Source: Eledone cirrhosa (Eukaryota). Taken from it: a DNA stretch of 64,000 nucleotides. Positions 16,156-31,563 of this stretch are shown in pieces. Every line of letters begins with the position of its first letter. The first letter of the stretch is position 1. The stretch covers positions 25,978,001 through 26,042,000 of the forward strand of contig OZ024752.1 in NCBI GenBank assembly GCA_964016885.1, written 5' to 3'. The notes under the pieces are model-generated. The model did no database searches. It had not been told where the DNA came from and saw only the letters and a program-made list of their open reading frames with translations. A program made the position numbers and the translations under genes.

Positions 16156-18161
16156 GTAAATAATGTTGGTAATAATGTCATCATATCTCATGAGTATCTA
16201 GTACATTTTGGACAGTTTGGGCAGCTACTGATGCTATAGGTGATATCTATCTTCCACACTGCTATGGTACAATCAACATTTACTATCACAATGCGGGGTG
16301 GAATTGTGAAATCGTTATCTCGTCTATTCATCTAGTATTTAATATCAATCTTCTCTTCCTAAATAGCAAACGCGTATCCTTCTAGGATATACATACATAC
16401 GTACATACATATTCTATTACAGATCCAAGAGAGGCTACTCTTCTTGTCAATGTTGTTACCCTATAGCTTGCGGGATATGTACTAATTCACAACCTTCTAC
16501 CGGAGTATTGTATTTCGCTCCTCCACGTTTCTGTTTAAATAAGTCAATACAACTACCTTTAGGTCACGTGGAACAGCTGTTTTTCATAGTTTCAAGATAT
16601 TATTATTATTTTCACTGTTGAGTACACATGTGATGTATTCATTTTCCATTTAATGTCCAATAGATGTTGTCAGACTGATATGATGTGATATTCAAAACCG
16701 TTTGAACTGATTCTAACCCTCTATCACTCTCCTTCCACCTAACACAGACCCTGCTCAATGTATCTCTATCTAGATATGTATGTGTGTGTGTGTGTGTGTG
16801 TGTATTTACGTGTATGTATCTACGTACGTATGTATGTACGTACGTATGTATCTATGTATGTACGTATGTATGTATATATGAATAAATTTATGTATATGTG
16901 TGTGCGTGTGTATCTTGCTTATTTATTAAGATGTTTGGCTTAAGGTCGTGAGTTCGATTCCCAGCAACGCGTTGTTTCCTTGGCAAGACACTTTATTTCA
17001 CATTGTACCTGTAATTCAAATGATCTGTCGAATCTCTATAAGAGCTACATAAGGGTGTACATGTCTATGGAATACTCAGCCAGTTGTCCATTAATTTCAT
17101 GAGCAGGTGAAATCGACGGAGTTCCAAAAACAATGTATGTACGAATATATACATGCTTCTGTCTTTTCTTGAACTGATACGGCAAACTGCAAACTACAGT
17201 TGCCTTGGCATCATTGTTGAAAGTATCTAAATGATCTTTTTGCCGAGATAACTGTCTTGAGAATGCAATATGTCGTGAGTACATAAAAGAATGAGAAGCG
17301 TCAAAAATCGTACGATGCACGAGGATAGCAGCGATAAAAAACATTATTTTATTTGAAAACCTTTATCAATAGAAAACAGCGAATGAGCTGAGCACTAAAC
17401 TGCACAGACGCTATGTGGGGATGGGCGTACCTTATCTGTAATTGATAGACAGCTTTAATTTATAAGAATAACCTTCGTAATCTTCGAATTTTCCAATACT
17501 GTGTTGTATTTTGACTGTGTTGTATTTTGACTGTTGACCTTGATATGCCGCTTATGACATTTCTCCAGATGTTTTCTAATTGAAGAAACTTTACTTTGAA
17601 TGTATTCTTTATTAAGGATGTTTAGTTTACAAACGGTGGGTGCATCCGACGCATTATCTGCCATATATATTTTATGTTATGTTTTTGTAAAAACATATCA
17701 AGGATGATCGGGCAGTTTCCATATATTGGTAGATATGTGGCTAACCTCGGGAGAGACCACAGTACATCAGATGTATATTCATTCACTCATTACCTAGGGA
17801 TCCCCAGCTGATTGCAGTAGCAGTTTTAGAAGGTAAGTACAGTTGGTGGATGTGTGAAGAAACTTCTTTTGGAGTATATTAGTAGACCGGTGTTTATAAG
17901 TTTTATAGAAGTTACCTATATTCACGCTTGGGATGGGGGGGGGGGGGGCAATTCCACAATAGCAACAACAACAACGACAACAAAACCAAAACATCAGCAG
18001 ATATACATTTAGTGAAACCATGCATATAACACGGCTGGTGTCTCGATGAAATCTACTGTATTCAGACCGGGAGATGGATGAGCTCCACCAGGCTTTAAAA
18101 TGCCCTAGGAACGCTGTATGTCAATACGGTGCCTCTGCGACTCCATCAAAGGTTGCAGGAC

Positions 18162-19406
18162 TATACCATACCATTCATATATACAGACATACCATACCAT
18201 TCATTTATACAGACATACCATACCATTCATGTATGTAGACATACCATACCATTCATGTATGTAGACATACCATACCATTCATGTATGCAGACATACCATA
18301 CCATTCATGTATGTAGACATACCATACCATTCATGTATGCAGACATACCATACCATTCATGTATACAGACATACCATACCATTCATGTATGTAGACATAC
18401 CATACCATTCATGTATGTAGACAAACCATACCATTCATGTATGCAGACATACCATACCATTCCTGTATGTAGACATACCATACCATTCATGTATGCAGAC
18501 ATACCATACCATTCATGTATGTAGACATACCATTCATGTATGTAGACATACCATACCATTCATGTATGCAGACATACCATACCATTCATGTATGTAGACA
18601 TACCATACCATTCATGTATGTAGACATACCATACCATTCATGTATGCAGACATACCATACCATTCATGTATGTAGACATACCATACCATTCATGTATGTA
18701 GACATACCATACCATTCATGTATGCAGACATACCATACCATTCATGTATGTAGACATACCATACCATTCATGTATGCAGACATACCATACCATTCATGTA
18801 TACAGACATACCATACCATTCATGTATGTAGACATACCATACCATTCATGTATGTAGACATACCATACCATTCATGTATGCAGACATACCATACCATTCA
18901 TGTATGCAGACATACCATACCATTCATGTATGTAGACATACCATACCATTCATGTATGTAGACATACCATACCATTCATGTATGTAGACATACCATACCA
19001 TTCATGTATGTAGACATACCATACCATTCATGTATGCAGACATACCATACCATTCATGTATGTAGACATACCATACCATTCATGTATGTAGACATACCAT
19101 ACCATTCATGTATGCAGACATACCATACCATTCATGTATGTAGACATACCATACCATTCATGTATGTAGACATACCATACCATTCATGTATGTAGACATA
19201 CCATACCATTCATGTATGCAGACATACCATACCATTCATGTATGCAGACATACCATACCATTCCTGTATGTAGACATACCATACCATTCATGTATGCAGA
19301 CATACCATACCATTCATGTATGTAGACATACCATACCATTCATATATGTAGACATACCATACCATTCATGTATGTAGACATACCATACCATTCATATATG
19401 TAGACA
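18162..19406. repeat. 26-bp minisatellite (tagacataccataccattcatgtatg), ~48 copies
   Basis: Direct tandem copies with a T/C variant (gtagac/gcagac); no spacers. Confidence 0.95.
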
Positions 19407-20219
19407 AAAACAGAATTCTCCTCGGGAAAGTTTAGACTTTAAGAAGCATAAACAAGAAAAATAAGAAAAATAACTTTAATAAAATTAAGTGATAGACATT
19501 TTTTGTAAAATGAAAGCGATGCTAACACGGATGGATCTGGGCTTTAAAGCCAACCAGTCAAAGAAATAGTCATGTGGCTTGTTCTAGCAGAGTTGACTTG
19601 GAGCTAAAAGATAAAAGATATTAACTTAGTCCCTTAAAACGCGATCTGTTCTCTAACACGAAATCACGAGGCTAAACATACGTTAGTTATGTTTGTCTTT
19701 GGATATATATATATATATATATATATACACGCCTATATATACATACATATATATATATGCATACAAATACAAACATATGACCACATACATACACAAACAC
19801 ACACCCCCACACACACACACACGCACACACATACCCCCCACCCCATACCCCCCCACACACATAGTTTCGATGCTCTTACAAAAGTAATATACAAAGCAAC
19901 ATATATTCAATCACCTTCAATAAACCAGATACATTAAACGTTTCGATAAGGAGAAGCAGTAAATTATTTCCGTGTGTGTGTATGTGTGCCTGTATCTGTG
20001 TGTGTGTGCTTGCATACACGTGTGTGTTTCTGAGTGAATGTGAGGATGCCTTTAGTGTAAGTCTCTTGAGAGATTATCAATTCTTCCAAGAAGCACCGAA
20101 ATGGATTTTAAGGATTTGCGTGCAACTGAAAATAGAAACTTTCCACACGAAATATCAAAGGAATGAAGATACGTTTAAATACGTCTAAGTTATTATCGTC
20201 CCATATTGTTTTTTTTCTT

Positions 20220-20268
<49 letters not shown>

Positions 20269-20370
20269 TATATATGTATGTGTATATAATATATACACAC
20301 ATATATATATATATTTATCTATACACACACACACAGACACACACATATATATATATTTACACATATAGGA

Positions 20371-20440
<70 letters not shown>

Positions 20441-20464
20441 ATGTGTAAATATATATATGTGTAA

Positions 20465-20501
<37 letters not shown>

Positions 20502-20515
20502 TATATATATGAATA

Positions 20516-20590
<75 letters not shown>

Positions 20591-20593
20591 GTA

Positions 20594-20655
<62 letters not shown>

Positions 20656-20879
20656 TACATATACATAAACATTTCTATATAAATATGTGTGTTTGCGTGC
20701 GCACATGTGTGGGTGTGTATACGCGTGGGATGTACTTACAAATATAAAGTTCTCGGGAACTGGCGTCTTTGAAGAAAGCGAAGGATTTTAGAGAATAAAG
20801 TTATGTAAGAAGTTCTGAAACTAGTAAAGATTATCTGGAAAGATTTGCTAATAGATTTAGATGTATCATAGATTGAGGA

Positions 20880-21054
20880 AAGGATTGAGGTGCGAACCCT
20901 GCGAGGTGGAGCGACTGTTCCAGCGCATCTCCCTCGCTGTCTTCCGGGGCACTGTATTCTCCATCCTGTCGGTCAGGGCCTTGAGGCGGAGGGTTAATTA
21001 GTTGGAAGTGGGGGATAGTTAATTAGTTGGAGGTGGGGGATATTCGTTCGGACG

Positions 21055-21055
<1 letters not shown>
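20880..21055 (+). mobile_element. CRE-clade (RLE) non-LTR retrotransposon 3' fragment
   Basis: With one frameshift it reads EVERLFQRISLAVFRG.VFSILS, matching the F-Q-R-I-S-x-A-x-x-R-G-N C-terminal motif of CRE elements. Confidence 0.55.
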
Positions 21056-21124
<69 letters not shown>

Positions 21125-21142
21125 ACACACGCGCACAAATAC

Positions 21143-21229
<87 letters not shown>

Positions 21230-21519
21230 GTATATATATCAAATGAAAAACCGGAGTTGAAAACTCACGTTAGTACCCTGTAATTAATGAGCTCAAAGTA
21301 AGACAACGGCTCTTTATATAGAAATGAACACACAAATAAGTGTATTTTGAATTACATGGGGTGAAAACCACTTTGGTGCAATGCATATAATCTACGAAAA
21401 AACGGAAAATACATAATAACCGACAAACTACAGATAGAGTTTGTTTCGCCGAAAATTAGTGGCTATGTCATAGGATCTCAGGGCTTCTCAACAGGATTAA
21501 AGATAGATATTTTGGTTCG

Positions 21520-21702
21520 TTAAGACGTTCCCTAGCAATGAACGGAAAAAAGCGAAGATAATACGTCGTTATGTGGTTTTGTCTTAGCGCGTAATTGTTC
21601 TCACCGCTCCATATAACGACGTATTATCTTCGCTTAAGGGTGAAAGATAAGATCCCGTTAAGGGTGAAAGCACCGATTCTTTGCTCAAACTTTAATCTGT
21701 TA

Positions 21703-21708
<6 letters not shown>
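21520..21708. mobile_element. Fragment of hammerhead family C (see 33018-34115) with internal inversion
   Basis: Ends in aagatcccgttaagggtgaaagcaccgattctttgctcaaactttaatctgttattttaa then (TA)n; inverted repeat at 21552-21633. Confidence 0.75.
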
Positions 21709-21785
<77 letters not shown>

Positions 21786-21932
21786 CTGAAGTAAAAGTAA
21801 AGTGGAAATATCCAAGAGTAAGAGCAGCCAGTCCATAGGACGAGTTTAGGTTTTTTATTTTTCTCATGACAGGCTGAAGAAAATAAGGCCCGGAACCAAA
21901 CGAAATTTGAGTATCAGTTTATGTCACTGTTG

Positions 21933-21972
<40 letters not shown>

Positions 21973-22249
21973 TGAAAAATGGCGTGCTGCGTTGTTGCGA
22001 ATATAAACATATGAATGAAAATAGACCGAAAAACAGGAATGTCCATCATCAGTAGTCTGCTGATTATCATTGGTATTTCTTCGAAATAAAGACTAGATAC
22101 CTAAAATCAGTGCGAGCTATAACTAAATTAAGTTATCGGGAGAGAGGAAAGTAAACAAACAGCATGATAGTAATTCAACGTAAAAAGAGGAAAAGAGAGA
22201 CAAGTCAATGAATCTTGTGGGCTTAAGTCCGAACGAATATATATATATA

Positions 22250-23047
<798 letters not shown>

Positions 23048-23214
23048 TATATATATAAAAGTTATCCCGGGTTCAATCGGAGGTAACCACAGTAAGTAAG
23101 GTACTCAATACAGTGCAGAGTATAAATGTTTAATACAGAAAAGCTTCTACAGGACTAGAACTGTTTCATTCGTGATGTATATATAAAGTTAATATAAAGG
23201 GGATGCAGAACAAT

Positions 23215-23362
23215 TATATGAAAGACGTAAAATAAGAAAATTATAAAAATTAACTTACTAAAATTTCACTCCAACTAATTAGAAAGGGAATAAACATGAT
23301 TTCAGCAATATTTATAACTAATTAGTTAATTTTTATAATTTTCTTATTTTACGTCTTTCATA
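23215..23362. repeat. Short fold-back inverted repeat ending in (TA)n
   Basis: tatatgaaagacgtaaaataagaaaattataaaaattaact versus agttaatttttataattttcttattttacgtctttcatata. Confidence 0.75.
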
Positions 23363-23387
23363 TATATATATATATGTATATATATAT

Positions 23388-23610
23388 TCCTAACGATCGA
23401 CTTTCGTCAAATCGGACCGAGGAAACAGTGTTTCCATTGGTCTTTCCAATTGCTAATACTATCTATCGGTCGCAACTCCAGGTAGAAGGAGCAACGTGAA
23501 ATAAAGTGTCTTGCTCAAGGACATAACGCATCGCCCGGTCCAGGAATCAAACTCACAACCTCACGATTGCGAATCCAGTTCTCTAACCACTCAGCCACAC
23601 GCCTTCACTG
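23388..23610 (-). mobile_element. tRNA-derived SINE, family 2 (CORE-like body)
   Basis: Reverse complement of the copy at 52972-53188. Confidence 0.85.
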
Positions 23611-24285
23611 TATATATGAGTTCTTAAACACGTTGGATTGATAATGTTTTCAAAAAAACTAATTAACCCGCGTGTATATATATATATTTTTTCCTCATTT
23701 CGTGGATCGTGGGTTGTCTCCCCTTCCCGCTTCGTGTCGCTATGATACTTCCTCAGTCAAAAACTGCTGGAATTTCAAATTTGGCGGTCATTCGAGGTGA
23801 GAGAGAGCAACTTTACGGACATGATTTTTGACAGCGGTAAGAAATTGTTTTCTTATATCAATGTTTAATGGGCTTCCACTGATGATTTATAAGTGCCCAC
23901 CTAAATATATTCTTACATGAATATATATTAGGCTTCTACATAAACTGGAAACATTCTCCCAAACTTGTAGAAAACTTATAATGAAACAATTGTTTGGAAA
24001 GAGAGATATACTTTAACTTTAATTATATCTCATAAAATAATACAACTGGCTTTTCCACATTATACATATTGTTAGCACCCCAAACACTAAAATTGGGTTT
24101 ATATTTTAATATAACCTAATGTTTGTTGAGTGAGATGGTTACCAGTCAGAGTTTAGCTTTAAACTATCTCTGTTATTGTATTAATTATATATATATATGT
24201 ATATATATATACATACATACTCAACCTCTTACACGGTAAAATAGTAGTGTTTAAATGTGCTGTGTATGTGTGTGTGAGAGAGAGA

Positions 24286-24354
<69 letters not shown>

Positions 24355-25198
24355 GCGTGTACATCCCAGATGAACCCACAGCACAACAAGAAGTACGAGC
24401 ATGGCCAGTAGTGACAAACTCCTTCATGCCTCAATGACCAGCCAACGATTGACGGCTATAGAAAGGGAAGTAACAAAGGCAGTGCCCCAGCATGGCCTTA
24501 GTCAGTCGGCTGGAACAGGTAATGAGTTAAATAGTAAAATAACCATTCGATCATCTAAGTTACCTATTTTTAGTATTAGGATCCTGAAATGGTTTCTCGT
24601 GTCTGTGTGTGTGCGCATCAGTGCCCCTGCGTACATTAGTGTGTCTGTACGTGTGTGTGTATGTGTATGTGTATATGTGTGTATGTGTTCGCATGTGTGT
24701 GTATGTGTGTATATGTGTGTGTGTGCGTGCGCATCAGTTCCCCTGTGTACATTAGTGTGACCGCATGTGTGTTACTGTGTGTGTATATGTGTGTATGTGT
24801 GTGTGAGTGCGTGTGTATTAGTGTGTGTGTATGTGTGTGTGTGTATGTGTATATGTATGTGTGTGCATGTATGCATGTGTGCGTGTGTATATGTGTATAT
24901 ATGTGTGTGTGTGAATGTGTATGTGCGTGTATGTGTGCGTCTGTGTGTGTGTATTTGTATGTATGTGTGTGTGTGTGTGTGCATGTGTGTGTATATATGT
25001 GTGTGTGTGTGTGAGAGAACAGTTGAAAGGGAAACAAACCCGGTTAAAGAAGAAAGATGTCATTCAGTGTGACCGCTTCAGCGAACAAACCAAATCAACT
25101 ACTTTTACTGCCATTACTAATAACGACATTACTGTTGCTGCTGCTGATAATGATGATGATGATGATGATGACGACAGTGACATTATTATTATTGTTGC

Positions 25199-25231
<33 letters not shown>

Positions 25232-25784
25232 CGTCGTCGTCGTTATGCGGCAAAGTGTAGCGTGAGTCTGTTTAGTGAGGTTTGCGAGATTGTTCAAGTA
25301 TACGAACTTTTTAGACTATTTGCTTCGTATTACAATAGGGGGCGTTCAAATAGCGGTGAGTCCCACAACTTCAATTGATTTTTATCGCCCTCACACACAC
25401 TTACTCGGCCATTAAACCGTGACTGTTAACCATTCTTAACAACGGACACAATAAGTAAACGTACACATACACACGTATACACATACACTTGTACACACAC
25501 TGACACACTCACAGGCGCATAACATAACATAATATATATACGTACAACATTCACACAACGCTATATCTATATTTATGTGCGTGTGTGTTTGTGTGTGTGT
25601 GGGGGGGGGGTGCTTGTGTGTGTGTAAAGTGAAAATGGCACTCGAAGTTTTGTGAAAAAAAAAAATCATTTTTGAAAATGGATATTTCAATGACGTGTGT
25701 TTCAGTTGCTTGTAAAACGGGGCAATCTGCTCGTGAAATTAACGTGTAAGTGGCTGAGCATTCTACAGACGTGTACTTTGAACC

Positions 25785-25957
25785 TATCGTATTTCCCGGC
25801 GTCGAAGACGTTACTTTTTTCATAAAATAAGTCACAAAAATCTACCGTGCGTCCTGGAGGCCGAAGGTTGTTTATTATCTTTTTTCAAATATTTGGTTGT
25901 CAAAATTAGGGTACGTCCTCGAGGACGAAGCGTCTTCAGCGCCGCGAAATACGGTAA
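25785..25957. mobile_element. Non-autonomous DNA transposon/MITE (pogo/Tigger-like CCGTATTT termini) inside a SINE remnant
   Basis: Terminal inverted repeats tcgtatttcccggcgtcgaagacg / cgtcttcagcgccgcgaaatacgg, flanked by TA; related copy at 42563-42668. Confidence 0.7.
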
Positions 25958-26384
25958 TTATCATGGGAATTATGCGTGATATAGTATGCTACAAGGCTGG
26001 CTGTTTGAATTCTTGATACAACTCTTTTTTGCCAGCTGAGTGGGCTGAAGCAATGTGAGATATAGTGTCCATCTCATGGACACAATGTGCCGCTAGAAAT
26101 CGAACTAGTAACCTTGCGGTCCTAAGTCGAATACATTACCTTTGATGTCACGTATCTTCAATGAATGGACTGTAATTGAAACAGCTAGCATTGCCCTGGC
26201 GTCACACTGGTTCTGCCTAAGTGCAGGTCTTATTTTAAGGACATTTTAGAACAGAACAAATATTTGAGGCCAATTTATTGAATGATCTCTCTCCTGTGTG
26301 TGTGCCTTGATATTCTCTCTTTCACTCACTGTCTCCGTCTCTCTCGCTCTCCCCATCTCTCACTATTATATACAAATGGAAGCC

Positions 26385-26740
26385 CACGCGCCGGCCACCC
26401 CGAGTAGAGATAGTGTTTCCCCGGCGGATGGTGAGGGAGACAATTTGGAATAGCCATACCAACTCGTGAGGCTCACACCTGCGGGTAGCCAACGCCGTGC
26501 CGATAGTGATGAGTAGGGAGGTGGTCCTAGGACCCAAAACACCAGAAGTCTCCACTGCTACGGACCCGACTCGACCGCAAACCTGTAGGAGAGCGACCGA
26601 TATTTGGAAAATTTACCCTCCTCGGCCCGAAGTGCAGCAGAGCCTGTATTAATCGCAGACTGCAGGTTAACCCGGGTCGACCCAGGTTGGCGCTCTGGGT
26701 CTGTGAAGAATTCGTATTGGCTATTTTTACCATTTACCAT
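26385..26740 (-). mobile_element. CRE-clade RLE endonuclease fragment (frameshifted)
   Basis: GSAALRAEEGKFSKYRSL..RF / AVETSGVLGP...IG..LA.RRCEPHELVWLFQIVSLTIRRGN, matching the AE..K..KY, VET.G and RGN motifs of CRE elements. Confidence 0.8.
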
Positions 26741-26974
26741 ATAAGTACATGTAGTATTTGAGACGAAATATAAACTTACTGTACAAAATTAGATTTAGAA
26801 CTACACAAGCAGGCAGGTGTCCACTGCACGTTAATGTAATCACTACTTAAGTGTACACGTGTCTGTGACATAGTCAGCCAATGACACTATAATTCAATGA
26901 AACCGACACACGATCCATTTATTCGTGGTCTAATTGAAGGAGATTTGCAGGTCGAGCGATCGTGTTAAGGTTCC

Positions 26975-27950
26975 ACTGATGGTGTTGGTGGTTTTGTGTA
27001 GGCAATGACGTGTTGGTGGCGGTGATGCTGGTGATGGTGGTGGTGGTTGTGGTGATGGTGGTGGTGTTGGTGGTGTGGTGGTGGTGGTGTTGGTGGTGTG
27101 GAGGTGGTAGTGGTGGTGGTGGTGGTGGTGGTGTTGGTGGTGTGGAGGTGGTAGTGGTGATGACGGTGTTGATGGTTATGGTGGTGGTGGTGGTGGTGGT
27201 GGTGATGTGTTGGTGGCGGTGATGCTGGTGGTGGTGGCGGTGATGCTGGTGGTGGTGGCGGTGATGCTGGTGGTGGTGGTGGTGCGGGGGTGGTGCGGAG
27301 GTGGTAGTGGTGGTGGCGGTGTTGATGAATATGGTGGTAATGTGTTGGTGGCGGTGATGCTGGTGGTGGCGGTGGTGGTGGTGGTGGTGATGGTGGTGTT
27401 GGTGGTGCTCTAGGTGGTGGTGGTAATGATGATGGTGATGATGGTGGTGGGGGGGTGTGGCGGTGGTGACGGTCGTGGTAGTGGTGGTGGCGTTGTTGAT
27501 AGTGGTTGTGTTGGTAGTAATGGTGATGGTGGTGGTGGTGGTGGTGGTGGTGGTGGTGGTGGTGGTGGTGGTGTTGGCGGTGCCGGTAGTAAGAGTATGG
27601 TAAGGGTGATAATGGAAATGATAGTGTTGGTTTTGGTAGAGGTAGTAGTGTTGATAGTATTGGTGTTGGTAGAGGTAGTAGTGATGATAGTGTTGGTGTT
27701 GGTAGAGGTAGTAGTGATGATAGTATTGGTGTTGGTAGAGGTAGTAGTGATGATAGTATTGGTGTTGGTAATGGTAGTAGTGATGATGATGGTAATGGTG
27801 ATAATGTGATGACGGTGAAGATAGTGATAGTGTTGTTAGTGATGATTTTGATGATGTTGGTAATAAAAGTGTTGGTGAGGGTTTTGATGGGGAGGATAGC
27901 GTTGGTGCTGGCAGTGGTTTGAAAATGATATCGGTATTGGTGATAATAGT
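26975..27950. repeat. (GGT)n-rich low-complexity tract adjoining a SINE 3' end
   Basis: GGT/GAT triplets with a local 33-bp repeat; continuous with the tail of the SINE at 27953. Confidence 0.85.
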
Positions 27951-27952
27951 GA

Positions 27953-28348
27953 TAATTGTTTCTACTTTTGGCACACACAATTAACCAGTGTATTACTGGT
28001 ACTTTATTTTATCGACCCCGTAAGGATGAAAGGCAAAGTTAACCTCGGCGGGATTTGAACTCATAATGGAAAAGGCCGTAACTCTTTGCGTCAAAGCATA
28101 GCGTTCGACCCTCTACCGATACTGCCAATCCACCGCCTTGAGGTGATAATAGTGATAATTGTTTCTACTTTTGGCACAAGGCCAGAAATTACCCAGTGTA
28201 TTACTGGTACTTTATTTTATCGACCCGTAAGGATGAAAGGCAAAGTTAACCTTGGCGGGATTTGAACTCATAATGGAAAAGGCCGTAACTCTTTGCGTCA
28301 AAGCATGGCGTCCAACCCTCTACCAATACTGCCAATCCACCGCCTTGA
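27953..28348 (-). mobile_element. Two tandem SINE family 1 copies
   Basis: Two ~200-bp near-identical units. Confidence 0.88.
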
Positions 28349-28875
28349 GTTGATAATAGTGATAATGGTGATAATGGCAACTATCGTGTTGTTGCTTTTG
28401 TTCATGAATATATTTAATCCTACGATTACAACCGCCATTGAAATGTTCAGAACTAACGTTGGACACGCTGCTATTTCCGTTTCTGAACTCTAAAGTTTTG
28501 TTTGTGAATTCACACATCTGGCTGTTCTAGATCAATAGTTCCGCTCTTCCAGTTTCAAAGTTCCAGTGGAATGAAGCACAGCTATGGCTTTGAAACATTT
28601 ACCGAAGACCACTTGAAATGTCAATTACAGGGCAGCCGACATTTTTATTTTGATAAAGAAGAGCATTTAATCCTATGATACCAACTCACCAAAAATAAAA
28701 AATAGATTTCTGTATTTATAAAACAAAACAAACTATTTTAAAGGATTAAAATAAAAACCTACAAACATACTTTGATGTATAAATCTTTTGTTAAGCAATG
28801 ATATAAATATTAGCCTAATAATGGTTTCTGACACAAAGCCAACAATTCTGTCATACATATAGAGAGATATATATA

Positions 28876-28953
28876 CAGAGTGTCCCCATAAAATATATAC
28901 ACACTTTGATTAGAATTCTGTTGAAGTGTGTATACATTTTTGGGGACACCATG
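28876..28953. mobile_element. Tiny Tc1/mariner-like MITE
   Basis: cagagtgtccccataaaatatatacacactt / aagtgtgtatacatttttggggacaccatg, flanked by TA. Confidence 0.6.
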
Positions 28954-29012
28954 TATATATTATTTATTATATATATATGTATGAGTGTGTGTGTGTGTGG
29001 GGGGGGGGGGAT

Positions 29013-29196
29013 ATAGAAATGGCTTCTACAAGACTAGAACTGTTTCATTCGAAGGAAATCATAAGAGCTTTCCTGATGATTTCCTTCGAATGAAACAGTT
29101 CTAGTCCTGTAGAAGCCATTTCGATATTAAATATTTATACTCTGCTATGTATTGAGTACCTTACTTACTGTGGTTACCCCCGATTGAGCCAAGGAT
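29013..29196. mobile_element. Fold-back hammerhead element, family B (second partial copy at 23061-23172)
   Basis: Arms 29016-29061 and 29077-29122; ~75-nt right tail. Confidence 0.8.
29067..29116 (+). ncRNA. Type I hammerhead ribozyme (family B)
   Basis: GCUUUC-CUGAUGA-uUUCcuucGAAu-GAAAC-AG uucuaguc CU-GUA-GAAGC. Confidence 0.75.
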
Positions 29197-29204
29197 ACAC
29201 ACAT

Positions 29205-29308
<104 letters not shown>

Positions 29309-29469
29309 GTGTGTGTCTGTGCCTGCGTGAGTGTGTGTGTCATATATGTGTGCATATGTAATTATACTTATCATATATCAAATCCATTTCGGAAGATGTA
29401 TTAGTATATTATAAGACTGTATATATTAAAATTAACTACAAACAGGTAATAAGATGAAAGAATGGTATT

Positions 29470-29580
29470 TAACTAATGTATTGGTACGCGATGGGGCCCA
29501 CCCACAGCCCCGGCAGACAGAATGGAGAAGGCGTTTCCCCGGAGGACTACCATCCAGGCATGTAGGAGGTGGTTGCTACA
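29470..29580 (-). mobile_element. CRE-clade 3' fragment
   Basis: Reads MVVLRGNAFSILSAG, similar to the fragments at 20880 and 26385. Confidence 0.5.
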
Positions 29581-29693
29581 GATATTGGTTATCTCAGCCG
29601 ATCTGATGATCCTGAGAATAATCGGTTTGGTAGAATTACAATTTGCAACCACGGACAACACAGATAGACTAACATATAGATACACGTACGTAT

Positions 29694-29771
<78 letters not shown>

Positions 29772-29775
<4 letters not shown>

Positions 29776-29966
29776 AGAAAGTATGACCCCGACGGCAGAG
29801 CTCATGCCGTTGCGACGGCTATTTCTGGACTGAAATAGCCGTCGAAACGGCTTGAGCTCTGCCGTCGGGGTCATACTCTCCTCTATTACCCACTCTACTA
29901 CCCTAAGTATTGAGTACTCTGGTGCGTTATGGTCCATCTGGTCCCTTACCACAACTACTTCGTTAT
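29772..29966. mobile_element. Fold-back hammerhead element, family A
   Basis: Inverted arms around 29825-29832; tail on the right arm. Other copies: 11161, 35331, 35712, 36168, 36347, 38738, 39532, 41522. Confidence 0.85.
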
Positions 29967-29992
29967 ATACAAAGAGAGAGAGGAATTTATAT

Positions 29993-30750
29993 CTTAGACT
30001 TAGTCGTAGATTCTTCCGCGCCGTTCGGCGCATCGAGCAGTAAGTACTCGCCAACGGTCACGATCAGCGGCAACTTTTTCAACGCCGTGCCAGGTGATGT
30101 TGGCTGCCATCAGGTTCTTCCGGAACGTTCGTCGCCAGGTGATCCTTGGGCAACCCCGCCTCCGTTTACCGCCAGGCGAAATCCAGTTCATCGCTGTTTT
30201 CGAATGCCGTTCATTTGGCAGGCGCAGAATATGGCCAGCCAGACGGCACCGACGCTCCGTGACCACTCTCTGTATCGTCCACGACTCGGCTCTCCACAGG
30301 ATCTCCTCGTTTCGCACTCGGTCGCGCCAGGACACACGAAGGATCTTTCGCAGGCACCTGTGGTGGAAAGCGTTCAGCCGTCTCTATTTCTGCCGTACTC
30401 TTCAAGGTCACGCTCGCATAAAGCACTGTCGGCAGCACCATGCTCTTGTACAGGCAGAGCTTGATCTTGGTGCTAATGCATGAAGACGACCAGACTTGGC
30501 ACAGCCGCTGGAAAACTGCGGCTCCTTTTCCGATCCGACAGTTGATGTCGAGCTCCGCGTCGCCGCTGCTTGTCAGGATGCTGCCCAGATAGGTGAAGTG
30601 ATAGACTTCCTCGAGGTCCTATTGGTTGACTCTGATCACTGGACCTGTGTTGCTGGACGTTCTCATGACCGTGGTCTTTTTGGTGTTCATTCTCAGGCCG
30701 ATCTTTTCCGCACTCTCTTGTAGGGATGTTGTTAGGGCCTTCAGATCGCT
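29993..30750 (-). mobile_element. 5'-truncated RTE-clade LINE with 11-bp target-site duplication
   Basis: FTYLGS...DINCRIGK and WRDRVRNEEIL...RLAGHILRLPNERH.K.AMNW...GKRRRGCPR.TW; tail ACTAAGTCTAAG; ggaatttatat duplicated at 29982-29992 and 30751-30761. Confidence 0.9.
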
Positions 30751-30771
30751 GGAATTTATATATATATATAT

Positions 30772-31490
30772 ATTAAAATAACAGATTAAAGTTTGAGCAA
30801 AGAATCGCTGCTTTCACCCTTAACGGGATCTTCTGAAACTAACAAAGTCAATCTGTGAACGCAGAAGTGAATATTTCAAAAAACGTTGCAACCGGAGGAA
30901 GACAGGAAGACGATACTTTGGTTCGTGGAAACGTTCCCTGGCAAAGAACGGGAAAAAACGAATATAATACGTCATTAATAGGAGCGGTGAAAAACCAATT
31001 ACACGCAAAGACAGAACCACGTTTATGGTATAAAAGAAGTCGTTCTCTGGCAATGAACGGAAAAAACGAAGATAATACGTCATATGTGGAGCGTGGAGAA
31101 CAATTGCACGCAAAGACAAAACCACGTAAATGGTATAGCTGAAGTCGTAGACTAAAATTCTAACTAGGAAACCGAATGATTCTCCGCTTCAGAGTTAAGA
31201 ATAAAGTAAATAAAATAGAGAGGTAATTGAAATTAAATAAATACATACACGCATTCAAATACGTACATACACAAGCATACGCGAAAACACTCGCCATAGG
31301 TATACAAATACACGCACATATAAATATGTGCGTGTGTGTGTGCGTGTATACAAATAATTAAATAAACGTATATAAATAAATAAATAAGTATATAACAAGC
31401 AAGCGCACACACATACCTACATGTAAATACACAAATGTTCGGAGACGTACGTCAACCAAAACACGAAGTACACATATACACACACCCTAC
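30772..31490 (-). mobile_element. Hammerhead family C copy (minus orientation)
   Basis: Reverse complement of ~33380-34112, including a ~130-bp internal tandem duplication. Confidence 0.8.
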
Positions 31491-31529
31491 ATACGTAATA
31501 TATATATATATATTAACCACCTAATAGAA

Positions 31530-31563
<34 letters not shown>

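Noticed and set aside
17455-17664. BED zinc-finger-like remnant (VCKL...SSIRKHLEKCH)
   Set aside because: The second cysteine is missing and no transposase or termini are recognisable.
18162-19406. Possible CRISPR array (26-bp repeats)
   Set aside because: The repeats are contiguous with no unique spacers, there are no cas genes, and the context is eukaryotic.
21868-21925. CTGAAGA...GAAA hammerhead candidate
   Set aside because: Stems I-III could not be paired convincingly.
28374-28493. Short ORF resembling a signal peptide (MATIVLLLLFM...)
   Set aside because: It arises from low-complexity sequence beside a SINE, stops after 39 codons, and has no splice support.
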